Origin: Bdellovibrionales bacterium
GTDB taxonomy: Bacteria; Bdellovibrionota; Bdellovibrionia; Bdellovibrionales; UBA1609
Assembly (NCBI GenBank): GCA_038144835.1
Contig: JAYQON010000001.1
Location: 3,483 to 67,482 of the forward strand
Reading direction: 5' to 3'
Length of the DNA: 64,000 nt
Below the pieces are notes generated by a model that saw nothing but the letters and a program-made list of their open reading frames with translations, did no database searches and was not told where the DNA came from. A program made the position numbers and the translations under genes. How positions within the stretch are numbered: position 1 is the first letter of the stretch; each line of letters begins with the position of its first letter. Positions 9,243-18,654 of this stretch are shown here, piece by piece.

Positions 9243-10727
9243 ATGGAAATTAAATTTGGTCTTATAGACTTTCTTCTTGTAGCACCTGCTGTTTCCTTGT
9301 TCTTGGCAAGCTGTATTCCCCTAGCGACAAAGGTGATGCGCGGAAATTCCGAGCACAGCAGCTTTTACTCTGTTTCATGGGGTTATATAGGCGTCGTTGC
9401 CGCGATCATATTTACTCTGCCGACCGTGGGGAGTGTTCGTACGGCATTTGAAGGGGCATTGGTTTTCGATGGAATTTCACACTTTGTAACTCTGCTTATT
9501 CTGGGTGTGACCGCAGTTGCTTTGACCTTTCTGCGAGACAGCCAATCTACAAACGGTAAGCTATTTTCTGAAAATGTTTTTTTAATTTTAAATGCGGCAG
9601 TGGGCATGTTGACGATGGCATGGTCAAATGACCTTATTGTTGTTTTTGTCGGTCTGGAGCTCTTTTCGTTATGCCTCTATATGTTGATCGCTTTAAGCCT
9701 CGAGGACAAACTTTCGAAGGAAGCCGCTTTCAAGTATTTTATCTTAGGAAGCTTTGCTTCGGCACTGATGCTTTATGGAATATCCTTTGTTTTTGGTACC
9801 GTGGGCACGACCTACTTGCCCGATCTTTTGTCGTCGTCCAGTCGTTTGGTAGGAACAAATCTTCTGTTTTCTCTTGGTTTTGTGCTTTTATTGGTGGGCT
9901 TGTTTTTCAAGATATCCATCTTTCCCTTCCACTCGTGGGCTCCTGACGTCTATCAGGGATCACCAACACCGCTAACATCATTTATGGCGACAACCGTTAA
10001 GGCCGTTTCATTCGCCTTATTGTTGAGATTAATGACTGGAGACACTTTCAATTCAGAAAGATTTTTCCCTTTTGTCGACACTTTGCAGTGGATCACGATG
10101 CTCACGATTGTAGTTGGCAACGTCGGCGCATTTCGTCAGCAAAGTCTCAAGAGAATGCTGGCGTATTCTAGTATTGCGCATTCTGGGTATTTGATGATTG
10201 GAATTATAGCCGCTGGGATTCAGGGCGCAGGCGCTAGCATGCTCGGAGCGAGTGGAGTCATGTTTTATGTCTTAGCTTACTCAGTTATGACGCTGGGTGC
10301 GTTTGGAGTGTTGCACCTGCTAGAGCCGCGTCCAGACGCTGATCTCACGGTTAAGGATTTAAGGGGTCTTGGTAAATCCAAGCCACTTCTAGCTCTGGTC
10401 ATGACAGTTTTGCTTTTGAGTTTGACGGGCATCCCACCAACCATTGGGTTTTTTGGTAAACTCTTCTTGTTCTCAGCGGCCGTGAAGCAAGGCTTGATCT
10501 GGTTGACTCTATGGGGCGTGGTAGGAAGCATCATCAGTGTGTATTATTATTTGAGACCTATTGTTGCGATGTATATGGAAGATGCGGATGAGTCGGTTAC
10601 ACGCATTAATCTCCGATCAGGGAGTTACTTTACGGTTGCGGTAATGGCGCTGATGGTAATTGTTGTCGGCCTGACTGCTAACAGTATTTACGATCTTGTT
10701 CTTGAGTCCGTCGCTAAAGTGTTTTGA
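9243..10727 (+). CDS. nuoN: NADH-quinone oxidoreductase subunit N
   Basis: 494 aa with PFHSWAPDVYQGSPTP and KRMLAYSSIAHSGY motifs of NuoN/ND2. Confidence 0.9.
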   Translation: MEIKFGLIDFLLVAPAVSLFLASCIPLATKVMRGNSEHSSFYSVSWGYIGVVAAIIFTLPTVGSVRTAFEGALVFDGISHFVTLLILGVTAVALTFLRDSQSTNGKLFSENVFLILNAAVGMLTMAWSNDLIVVFVGLELFSLCLYMLIALSLEDKLSKEAAFKYFILGSFASALMLYGISFVFGTVGTTYLPDLLSSSSRLVGTNLLFSLGFVLLLVGLFFKISIFPFHSWAPDVYQGSPTPLTSFMATTVKAVSFALLLRLMTGDTFNSERFFPFVDTLQWITMLTIVVGNVGAFRQQSLKRMLAYSSIAHSGYLMIGIIAAGIQGAGASMLGASGVMFYVLAYSVMTLGAFGVLHLLEPRPDADLTVKDLRGLGKSKPLLALVMTVLLLSLTGIPPTIGFFGKLFLFSAAVKQGLIWLTLWGVVGSIISVYYYLRPIVAMYMEDADESVTRINLRSGSYFTVAVMALMVIVVGLTANSIYDLVLESVAKVF

Positions 10728-10735
10728 AAAGACAA

Positions 10736-11617
10736 ATGAATTTGGTGGCTTTGGCTCCGCGTGGGTTTGAAGATGTGTTGTCTGAGGAATTGGGGTCTCG
10801 GCTAGTACACAGGCATGGGCGGCTATTTGAGTTTAAGGGCGATGCGCCCGTGTCTTGGGCGCAAAACCTTTGGCGACAACCATGCTATTTTCGTTTTGAA
10901 TCAATTGGTCAGGCGGCGAAGCATTTGCGTTCAATTCAGCGCAATTGGTGGCACCATCCAACGAATTGTCATCGCAGAGCCGCTTTAATACAGGCGGAGT
11001 TGCCACCGATCAGGCGAAAACGTTTCAATTTTCCTGGACGAGTACCGGAGAGTCCATTGGGTTCTTGGACGTTGCTGGATGAACATACCATGCTTTATTC
11101 CAAAGAATGTTCGAGTCCATTTCCCGATGGAGAGGTTGAGTTTAATGAGAATAAACTTGATCCACCATCGCGTGCTTATCTCAAGCTTTGGGAGACATTT
11201 ACTCTTGAGGGGTCGATGCCCAGTCCTGGACAAACAGTTTTAGATTTAGGATCGAGTCCTGGAGGTTGGACTTGGGTCCTGGATCAAATTGGCTGTGTAG
11301 TTATCAGCGTCGACAAGGCCCCCCTTTCTTGCAAGACTAGATTTTCTTCTAGGGTTAAATATATCTCTGAAAGTGCTTTTGCTTTAGATCCACAGAACAT
11401 TGGAAAGATCGATTGGCTTTTTTCAGATGTCATTTGTTATCCAAGACGGTTGTTAGACTTGGTTGGCCGTTGGCAAAGTCATACCACACGTATGGTGTGC
11501 ACTATTAAATTTCAGGGGCAAACTGATCATTCTACAGTTGCTGAATTTTTGCAGATAGCTGGCTCCAAAGTTCGACATTTATCGTGCAATAAACATGAGT
11601 TAACTTGGATTCTTTGA
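10736..11617 (+). CDS. rlmM: 23S rRNA 2'-O-ribose (C2498-type) methyltransferase, RlmM-like
   Basis: THUMP-like N-terminus, PSRAYLKLWE and DLGSSPGGWTWVL (SAM-binding FtsJ/RlmM-type) motifs. The ORF is open from TTG 10724, which overlaps the nuoN stop. ATG 10736 is the conservative start. Confidence 0.65.
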   Translation: MNLVALAPRGFEDVLSEELGSRLVHRHGRLFEFKGDAPVSWAQNLWRQPCYFRFESIGQAAKHLRSIQRNWWHHPTNCHRRAALIQAELPPIRRKRFNFPGRVPESPLGSWTLLDEHTMLYSKECSSPFPDGEVEFNENKLDPPSRAYLKLWETFTLEGSMPSPGQTVLDLGSSPGGWTWVLDQIGCVVISVDKAPLSCKTRFSSRVKYISESAFALDPQNIGKIDWLFSDVICYPRRLLDLVGRWQSHTTRMVCTIKFQGQTDHSTVAEFLQIAGSKVRHLSCNKHELTWIL

Positions 11618-11643
11618 AGCTCAGTTATTGAGTCGCCATTAAT

Positions 11644-12849
11644 TCAAAGATTGTAGGCGCGCAGAGTGTTCATGGTTGATTTAAAACCTGTTCGAACAAT
11701 ATGCGTGAGAACAGACTCATTCAAAGAGAAGTGGTCAGAAAAGAAGAACTGATAGTCTTGTGGGCTAGGATGTATATAGATATAGTCGACGCTCGGGTTA
11801 AAGTTGGTGCGAGAGATTAAAATATCAGTCAGTTTCTCTATATGTTCTTCAGCGATTTGCTTCTCACGCATGTAGCCCTGAACAGCCTTGATCATCGAAC
11901 GCACATCTTGTTGATGTTTAATATGTGACTCAACTTTCTTTTGTACGACCTGATAAAGGGCTTGATTAAAGATCAGAGGCATTCCGTATTCATGTAACGA
12001 CCCCATTGCTGGAGTGTAATGGTAGGGTTGTATGGAATAGGAGGCGATAACTAAGTCAGCGCCTTGCTCGGCGGCGACGTGTGTAGACAGGGTGTCGCGA
12101 ATCTCTCCGTCAAAGTATTGAATTTCTTTGCCATATTCATTACAGATCCCATAAGGCGCAAAAAATGGAGGTAGTGCGGCGCTGGCAGCTACGGCTTCGC
12201 TTACCTTCGCATAGTTTGCGTATTTGATTTCTTTCAGTTTTTTTGTTTCTGGATATGGTCCGAAAACGACTTTTCGTGAGTGGTTAAGCTGAGTAGCCAC
12301 AATGAAGAGTTCAGCACCAAGTTGTGTAAAGTCATTTCCTGGGCATACGTGATTGCGAATGTAACGTTCGATATTGCGAGTGCTAAATATGCCGTTGATC
12401 TTGAAGGCTTCTTTGATCAAGGCCTCGATCCCGCCAGTTACATTTAATCTTTTACGAAACATCCGAGGGATAAAACGAGCGACCGATGCAGCGCCTACAT
12501 TTAATGCAAATATGTCCCGGTAGGTGATCGGCTTTAGATTTCCGGTGTCTCCCTTAGCTTTTGAAAATGAGGCTAGACCTGCACCCTGAGTAAAAGCTTC
12601 TATAATCGTGTCCAGAGAGTGACCAGAAGCAAGAAAGCTGGCCACGACCGAGCCCGCACTTGAACCTACATACATTCGAAAGGTCAGAGACTTACCTTCA
12701 AAATCAAGTCGATCTTTAGCAGAGGTACCACCGGCGAAGCTAAAGCCCTTTTCACGAAGCGCCAAGCAGACGCCTATGTGAAAGGCAGCGGCTTTAATTC
12801 CACCCCCACTTAAAACCAGGGCTATACGCTTTTTCTCACTAAGTTTCAC
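11644..12849 (-). CDS. Patatin-like phospholipase
   Basis: Oxyanion GGGIKAAAF, nucleophile elbow GSSAG and a DGE catalytic Asp motif (YFDGEIRD). Confidence 0.85.
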   Translation of the reverse strand: MKLSEKKRIALVLSGGGIKAAAFHIGVCLALREKGFSFAGGTSAKDRLDFEGKSLTFRMYVGSSAGSVVASFLASGHSLDTIIEAFTQGAGLASFSKAKGDTGNLKPITYRDIFALNVGAASVARFIPRMFRKRLNVTGGIEALIKEAFKINGIFSTRNIERYIRNHVCPGNDFTQLGAELFIVATQLNHSRKVVFGPYPETKKLKEIKYANYAKVSEAVAASAALPPFFAPYGICNEYGKEIQYFDGEIRDTLSTHVAAEQGADLVIASYSIQPYHYTPAMGSLHEYGMPLIFNQALYQVVQKKVESHIKHQQDVRSMIKAVQGYMREKQIAEEHIEKLTDILISRTNFNPSVDYIYIHPSPQDYQFFFSDHFSLNESVLTHIVRTGFKSTMNTLRAYNL

Positions 12850-13039
12850 TCCCTAGACTCTACCTGAGAGTGACTATCCAAGGCTAGGAAAAGGCGGGTA
12901 GTCAGCTTAACCACAGTCTTGAACTAGCCTTTAGGCTTTGTTTTCAAGCCCCTTGACCAGTTTTTGAATATGAATAGTCATCCCTCTTTACAATATCTGA
13001 GCAGCATCCTAACGTTTGAGTAACCAAAGGAGAAGAGTG

Positions 13040-13498
13040 TTGAACTCTCAAAGCTGGTTAACCTTAATGGACTACTCAACAAAATACCGCGTAAGTTTGT
13101 CGACGCTTCGCCGAAGGATTAAATCTGGAGAGATCGAACATAAATTTGCGGACGGTAAGTATCTAATTAAGGAAAGCCCTGTTCAGTCAAATCGGGCTGG
13201 TTCTGAGACCATCGCCCCCCCATCATTGGTGAAGTCTCAGAACCAAGGTCAGGCTAGTGTGGCACCCGCCGCTCCTGCGGCGGGTCAGGACCTCAATGGT
13301 CAGTCGGCTCAAAGTCTTTTGAGTGAGATCAAAAAGGCTTACTCCCAAGTCCTTCAGGGGAAAGAACAATTGATAATCCAACTTAAAGAGGAGGTTGCGG
13401 ATCTGAAAACGTTGGTCCGCGTCCTTGAAGATGAGAACAATCGGCTAAAGACAGCTCACACTTCATTGACCAACTTTGATCTAGGTCTTGAGATCTAA
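13040..13498 (+). CDS. Small HTH (excisionase/MerR-like HTH_17-type) protein with low-complexity linker and C-terminal coiled coil
   Basis: LTLMDYSTKYRVSLSTLRRRIKSGEIEH resembles an HTH_17 helix-turn-helix. The C-terminal part, LKEEVADLKTLVRVLEDENNRLK, looks like a coiled coil. The ORF is open from 13016, and the AAGGAGAAG RBS favours GTG 13037 or TTG 13040. Confidence 0.5.
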   Translation: MNSQSWLTLMDYSTKYRVSLSTLRRRIKSGEIEHKFADGKYLIKESPVQSNRAGSETIAPPSLVKSQNQGQASVAPAAPAAGQDLNGQSAQSLLSEIKKAYSQVLQGKEQLIIQLKEEVADLKTLVRVLEDENNRLKTAHTSLTNFDLGLEI

Positions 13499-13548
13499 CG
13501 CCGTACTATTAAGGCTCGCGTTATAACGCGAGCCTTAATAGTACGGCG
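13499..13548. terminator. Perfect 22-bp inverted repeat (6-nt loop) between the convergent HTH gene and lon. Possible bidirectional terminator, but it lacks U-tracts.
   Basis: CGCCGTACTATTAAGGCTCGCG ttataa CGCGAGCCTTAATAGTACGGCG. The reverse complement was verified by hand. Confidence 0.55.
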
Positions 13549-13568
13549 TGCCGCCTTCGCCAGCAGCC

Positions 13569-15974
13569 CTATGCTGCGGCGGCAGGAGCTTTGGGTTTTT
13601 TGGTTAGCTTGTCTTTGGGCTTTTGCTTTGGCGCCTTCTTATCGTAAGCGACAGCAAAGACCTCGTCTAGATTCTCTACAAATACAAAGCTGAGCTTTTT
13701 CTTAAATTCTTCAGGTATATCTGAGAGATCCTTTTGGTTTGCTAGCGGTAGAATAATGTTGGTTACTCCGTGAGTGAGAGCAGCTAATGCTTTCTCCCGG
13801 ATTCCTCCAACCGGTAATACTCGCCCTGTCAGAGTGATTTCTCCCGTCATGGCGATGTCACGACGTACTGGAACTCCAGTCATCAGACTCGTGAGCGCGG
13901 TGGCCATCGTCACACCTGCAGAGGGGCCGTCCTTTGGGATAGCTCCAGCGGGCAAGTGGATGTGAACCTCATATGTATCAAAAAACTCATCATCGATACC
14001 GAGTTCCTCAGAATGTGCCCGGGCATATGACCAAGCGGCACGGGCTGATTCCTTCATGACATCGCCGAGCTGGCCGGTGAGTACCAGTCCGCCTTTGCCA
14101 CGCATCTTCAGCGCCTCAACGTAAAGAACCTCTCCTCCGGCTTGGGTCCACGCGAGCCCAGTGACCACTCCAATTTGATTTTCGTTGAGCTTTTCTTCCT
14201 TCAGATAACGAGGTGGCCCAAGTAATTCAGGTATAATTTGTGGAGTGACCACAATTTTTTCAGTGTGGCCAAAGACAAATTTCTTGGCGACCTTACGGCA
14301 AAGAGACCCTACCTCTCTTTCAAGATTGCGTAAGCCAGCCTCGCGAGTGTAATGCGAAATCAAGTAGGCGAGTCCATCGTCTGTAATTTCGACTTGCTCA
14401 TGTGAGACCCCATTGGTCTCCATTTGTCGATCAATCAAATGCGTTTTAGCAATTAAGAGCTTGTCTGAATCCGTGTAACCGCTAATTTGCAGTGTTTCCA
14501 TTCGATCTCTTAATGCCGCAGGAATATTCTCATAAACATTCGCGGTAGCTATAAACAAAACATTACTCAAATCGAAATCTACATTTAAGTAATTGTCTCT
14601 GAATGAATGATTTTGCTCAGGATCGAGGACCTCCAGCATGGCCGCACTTGGATCGCCACGGAAATCAGACCCGAGTTTATCGATCTCATCCAGAACTATG
14701 ACAGGGTTGTTAGTTTTTACCTGCTTGAGGGCTTGCACAATTTTTCCTGGCATTGCGCCAACATAGGTGCGCCGGTGACCACGAATTTCGGCTTCATCCT
14801 TCACTCCGCCAAGAGCGATGCGAAAATATTCTCGCCCCATCGACCGAGCGATGCTCTTACCAAGTGAAGTCTTACCAACTCCTGGAGGACCCACAAAGCA
14901 TAGAATTGGGCCTTTCATATTTTTTTCTTTCAACTTTCGAACTGCGAGGTACTCCAAAATCCGATCTTTGGCCTTATGTAGATCATAATGATCTTCGTCC
15001 AAAATTCTTTGGGCTCTGGCAAGATCAAGGTTATCTATGGTGTTCTTGCTCCAAGGCAAATCGACCATCCAGTCGAGATAGGTCCTCACCATGCTTGCTT
15101 CTGATGCGTCTGGATGCATTCTTTCAAGACGTCCCAATTGTTTAAGTGCCTCGATTTGAACAGCCTCAGGCATTCCTGCCTTTATTACACGCTCGCGAAG
15201 CTCTTCCATTTCTTCAGTTTTTGAATCACTTTCTCCGAGTTCGTTTTTAATCGCGCGCATTTGCTCACGCAAAAAATACTCGCGTTGGCTTTTTGACATT
15301 TCATCTTTAGCCTGCGAGCGGATTCTCGCTTGCATCTGAAGAACCTCGAGTTCGTTCGCTAGAATGTCATTTACAAGCTGCAAACGCTGACGAGGGTCGT
15401 ATGTTTCCAGAACGCGCTGAGCATCAGAAACTTTTAGGCCTAGGTTGCTTGCCACTAGGTCGGCCAAGCGTCCAGGATCAGAGACGTCGTCAAGTACGAG
15501 TAAGATGTCTGGCGAGAGAACTCGACCAAGAGCAATGATTTTTTCGAGATGCTCTTTTGCATTTCGGATCATGGCCTCGTACTCAACATTTGAAGCCGCC
15601 GTGGGGGCCTCTTCAATTTTTTCAACAGCCACTTCAAAGTTAGGCTCAGCTTTGCTGAATTTTTTTATTCGACCCTTGCTCACTCCCTGAATGAGAATTT
15701 TTACCCGTCCATCAGAGAGTTTCCGCATTCGCATTATCATAGCGATTGTGCCAATACGGTATATAGAACTTTCGCTTGGGTTTTCTTCGGTTATCTCTTT
15801 TTGCGAGGCCAGGAAAATTAAGCGATTTTTACTCAGTGATTCTTCCACAGCCCGGATGGAGGCCTCTCGGCCAACATAAAGTGGAAGTATCATATAAGGA
15901 AACACCACGATGTCCCGAACGGGCAGCATGGGGAGTGTCTCTGGAATTTCTAAAACTCTGTCGTCAAAGCTCAT
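13569..15974 (-). CDS. lon: ATP-dependent protease Lon (LonA)
   Basis: 801 aa with a LON N-domain, Walker [10 protein letters not shown], Walker [10 protein letters not shown] and protease Ser motif PKDGPSAGV. Ends in a Lys/Pro-rich tail. Confidence 0.95.
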   Translation of the reverse strand: MSFDDRVLEIPETLPMLPVRDIVVFPYMILPLYVGREASIRAVEESLSKNRLIFLASQKEITEENPSESSIYRIGTIAMIMRMRKLSDGRVKILIQGVSKGRIKKFSKAEPNFEVAVEKIEEAPTAASNVEYEAMIRNAKEHLEKIIALGRVLSPDILLVLDDVSDPGRLADLVASNLGLKVSDAQRVLETYDPRQRLQLVNDILANELEVLQMQARIRSQAKDEMSKSQREYFLREQMRAIKNELGESDSKTEEMEELRERVIKAGMPEAVQIEALKQLGRLERMHPDASEASMVRTYLDWMVDLPWSKNTIDNLDLARAQRILDEDHYDLHKAKDRILEYLAVRKLKEKNMKGPILCFVGPPGVGKTSLGKSIARSMGREYFRIALGGVKDEAEIRGHRRTYVGAMPGKIVQALKQVKTNNPVIVLDEIDKLGSDFRGDPSAAMLEVLDPEQNHSFRDNYLNVDFDLSNVLFIATANVYENIPAALRDRMETLQISGYTDSDKLLIAKTHLIDRQMETNGVSHEQVEITDDGLAYLISHYTREAGLRNLEREVGSLCRKVAKKFVFGHTEKIVVTPQIIPELLGPPRYLKEEKLNENQIGVVTGLAWTQAGGEVLYVEALKMRGKGGLVLTGQLGDVMKESARAAWSYARAHSEELGIDDEFFDTYEVHIHLPAGAIPKDGPSAGVTMATALTSLMTGVPVRRDIAMTGEITLTGRVLPVGGIREKALAALTHGVTNIILPLANQKDLSDIPEEFKKKLSFVFVENLDEVFAVAYDKKAPKQKPKDKLTKKPKAPAAAA

Positions 15975-16215
15975 TTAACCCTCCGCTTGGCGCGGGATAG
16001 TGTCCTTGTCGTGTGAAGCTATTCGGCTACGACCTTTCAGGCCTTTAACGAATAAACACGAGAAATAAGTCTGGAATTTGGGTTTAGAGCCTCTGTTTAG
16101 GACCTTATCTAGCCCTGGGTCGAAGAATTGGTGGAGTTGAGCTAAAGAGATCCCAGGTGCCTTTGGTGTGAATGGGTCTTGTAGAGAATTTGTAAGTTAG
16201 AATTCAGTCTAGAAT

Positions 16216-16584
16216 TTATGCCTCCTGGGAGCGATTCTTGGATTCGCGAATTTCGGCACCCTCAAGGCTTAGCCTTGTCCATGGAATTGCGAGCAATCGA
16301 TTTGCCTCGATCGGCTCCTCAGTCTCTTCGCAGATGCCAAAGGTTCGTGCTTGTATGCGCGCCAGGGCCGACTCTATTTCAAGAAGCTGGCGACGCATCC
16401 TCTGTTGGATTGCAAGCATTTGATGTTCGGCCTGTAAAGACATGGTCTGATCAGCCTCATCTCCCGTGTGACCCTTGTTGCGATCGCGAAAGTCTTGAAT
16501 GTGTATTTGAAAGCGATTCATGAGATCTGCCTTAGTGCTGATAAGCTTTTGCCGGCACAATTCGATGAGATTTTGATCGATCAT
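16216..16584 (-). CDS. DksA/TraR-family protein with a degenerate (Cys-depleted) zinc finger
   Basis: 122 aa. Has a coiled-coil region with an acidic tip (GDEADQT) and a C-terminal ARTFGICEETEEPIEANRLLAIPWTRLSLEG that matches the DksA finger layout. Only one of the four Cys residues is present. Confidence 0.55.
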   Translation of the reverse strand: MIDQNLIELCRQKLISTKADLMNRFQIHIQDFRDRNKGHTGDEADQTMSLQAEHQMLAIQQRMRRQLLEIESALARIQARTFGICEETEEPIEANRLLAIPWTRLSLEGAEIRESKNRSQEA

Positions 16585-16592
16585 TTTGACCC

Positions 16593-16618
16593 CCGTTCAT
16601 CGCTAAGAAGACGAACGG
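16593..16618 (-). other. Intercistronic hairpin between the LpoA-like gene and the DksA-like gene
   Basis: CCGTTC...GAACGG stem with an extra 2 bp. It sits directly upstream of the GGGGG RBS of the DksA-like gene. There is no U-tract. Confidence 0.25.
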
Positions 16619-16632
16619 AGTCAAAAGTTCGG

Positions 16633-18654
16633 TTATTTTTTTAAGGACTTTTTATTGGCCGACTTACCGCTTTGGATCTGAGGATAAGGTTCTTCAAGAC
16701 TGGCATTCCATGTTACGATAGCGTTATTCTTCACAATGAATGGAGTAAGTGGTCGAGCAATCTCTCGTTGGTTGGTCATGGAAATAGGGCCCGTAATACC
16801 TTCGACCTGGTCCAGGGCGGCAAGTGCTTGTGCCACCCCGACACGTGTTCGTTCACCGTTACTCAAAGTATGGCGAAGAATTAAGCCCACTTCATAACTT
16901 TGAGCTTCAAAAAGGCCTGGTTCTTCTCCGAAGGCGGATACGAATTCACGAAAAAACTTAGAATTGCGGAAGGCAGCCTCTGCCGTCATGTTCGAATCTA
17001 CAAAAATAGCATTTTGAACATTTCTTTCTCCACGCCTAATGAATTCTTGTGAGTTCCATATGTTGGTTCCCATTAAACGAACATTATTTATACCTTGATA
17101 AGCAAGCATTGGCGCAATTTGACCTGCGGCCTTAGGAGTATCGGGAATAAATATGGCATCAAAATCGACAACTGGTGGCAAAAGATCATCTGGAGGAATT
17201 TGTCTGCTGCTGATCTTTTTTTGTTTTTTGTACCAATCTTTTAGTCGACTCGTGTATTCGCTCCGGCGATCCTCAAGATAAAAAGTACCTACAAGACGTT
17301 TAATTGGACCGCGAAAGTCGGTCTCTTTCGAATTATAGATCTGAACGCCTGCAACAGTTCCCCCGCGGGCTAGGACCTCGTCCCAAAATAAGTTGGCAAA
17401 TTCAACGCCATAGGCATCATTGGGATAAAGTATTGCAAAGCGTTTCATGCCTAGTTGGTCCATCGCCACGCGTACGAGCTCTCGTACTTGCATTTCGCTC
17501 GTGATTGCGTTGCGAAACACGTAGTTTCCAATTCCTGTTAAACCTGCTTTTTGCGATAACCCTATAGAGGGAATGCCCAGCTCCTCTGCCTTGGTAGCAA
17601 CGCTGGTGGCTGTCCGACTCAGTAAGCTGCCTACAATTGCAATTGCCGAATCCTCTACGACTAATCTTTCCACTGCGCGGCGTGCTCCATCAGGAGTTCC
17701 CTCGCTATCGACCACTGAGAGTTTTAATCCGCTGCGGTTAGAGCCATAAACTCCAAGGCCGAGCTGTAATCCGCGCAACGTTCGCTGTGCGATAGAAGCG
17801 TGCCGACCAGTCAGAGGTAAGACAGCCCCTATTGTATTCGCCTCAACACGTCTTCGAGAGTCAATTTGTCTAACGTAATTTTCGGCTCTAACCTTCAGCG
17901 GAGTTCCAGAACCCCAATCTGCAGCGCTTGCAAAGTGGCTGCGGGCAGAGTCGAAGTCCTTCTGCCGCAATCGCAAAAGACCAAGCCTAAAAGCTGCCTG
18001 TGCACGGGCGACACCAAGGCGAGAATCTTCAATCACTTTTAAAAGATCATTTTCATTTAGCAACAGATTTACGAGTTCCGTTACTCGAGCCAAAGCGCTG
18101 GACCGAACTTCAACCTTAGGATCGTTTTGGTATATGAAAGCGATTGAATAAAGGGCTTCTATTCGATCACCAGTAGAAATTAATAGCTGATAGCGATGCT
18201 TATGGAATTCCAGTTTAAACGAGGGATTGAGCCCAGGGATATTTAGTCCGCGCTGAGTGAGGGCCAGAGATTCGTCGATCCGCCCTAGTCGATGCAAACA
18301 TTTTGAGGCGCCCAAAAGTGCTTCTGCTTCATTTGGACTGAAGACATCAGACTCAATTAAACTCATGTAGGTTTGATAACACTGTTCGAAATTTTGCTGT
18401 TTAAGATATATGCGAGCAAGTTGAATTGTAGCGTCGTCAGCGACATCAGACTTCGGATGGGTCTGAATCAATTTTCTTAATCTCTGCTGGGCGCGCTTGT
18501 CTGCGCCTGCAGCAGAGTCGATTTGAATTCGGTTCAGTTCTTTTCTGGCATCGAAGGGCGCGACCAAAGGCGGATTTTTTTTAGGCGCCGCCGAACAAGA
18601 GAGTAAGATAAAAGAAGAAACATAAAGCGGCAAAAAGCTGAGCCGTAAAATCAT
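16633..18654 (-). CDS. Lipoprotein with N-terminal TPR-like helical domain and C-terminal type-I periplasmic-binding (Leu/Ile/Val-binding-like) domain; LpoA-like architecture
   Basis: Signal peptide with lipobox ILLSC. TPR-like repeats in the first ~270 aa, then a PBP1-like region (GAVLPLTGRHASIAQ..., IVGSLLS...). The start abuts the stop of the upstream J-protein gene (TAGATG). Confidence 0.55.
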   Translation of the reverse strand: MILRLSFLPLYVSSFILLSCSAAPKKNPPLVAPFDARKELNRIQIDSAAGADKRAQQRLRKLIQTHPKSDVADDATIQLARIYLKQQNFEQCYQTYMSLIESDVFSPNEAEALLGASKCLHRLGRIDESLALTQRGLNIPGLNPSFKLEFHKHRYQLLISTGDRIEALYSIAFIYQNDPKVEVRSSALARVTELVNLLLNENDLLKVIEDSRLGVARAQAAFRLGLLRLRQKDFDSARSHFASAADWGSGTPLKVRAENYVRQIDSRRRVEANTIGAVLPLTGRHASIAQRTLRGLQLGLGVYGSNRSGLKLSVVDSEGTPDGARRAVERLVVEDSAIAIVGSLLSRTATSVATKAEELGIPSIGLSQKAGLTGIGNYVFRNAITSEMQVRELVRVAMDQLGMKRFAILYPNDAYGVEFANLFWDEVLARGGTVAGVQIYNSKETDFRGPIKRLVGTFYLEDRRSEYTSRLKDWYKKQKKISSRQIPPDDLLPPVVDFDAIFIPDTPKAAGQIAPMLAYQGINNVRLMGTNIWNSQEFIRRGERNVQNAIFVDSNMTAEAAFRNSKFFREFVSAFGEEPGLFEAQSYEVGLILRHTLSNGERTRVGVAQALAALDQVEGITGPISMTNQREIARPLTPFIVKNNAIVTWNASLEEPYPQIQSGKSANKKSLKK

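Noticed and set aside
11644-12849. Patatin-like lipase considered as the effector of a CBASS-type or other anti-phage system.
   Set aside because: No cyclase/nucleotidyltransferase, sensor, ATPase or other defence gene is adjacent. The neighbours are rlmM and a small HTH protein, followed by lon.
15975-16215. A heat-shock promoter (sigma32 CTTGAA...CCCCAT), a CIRCE element or a sigma54 -24/-12 element upstream of lon.
   Set aside because: I inspected both strands by eye. Only weak partial matches appear (for example GGCAC N5 without TTGC). Nothing is good enough to annotate.
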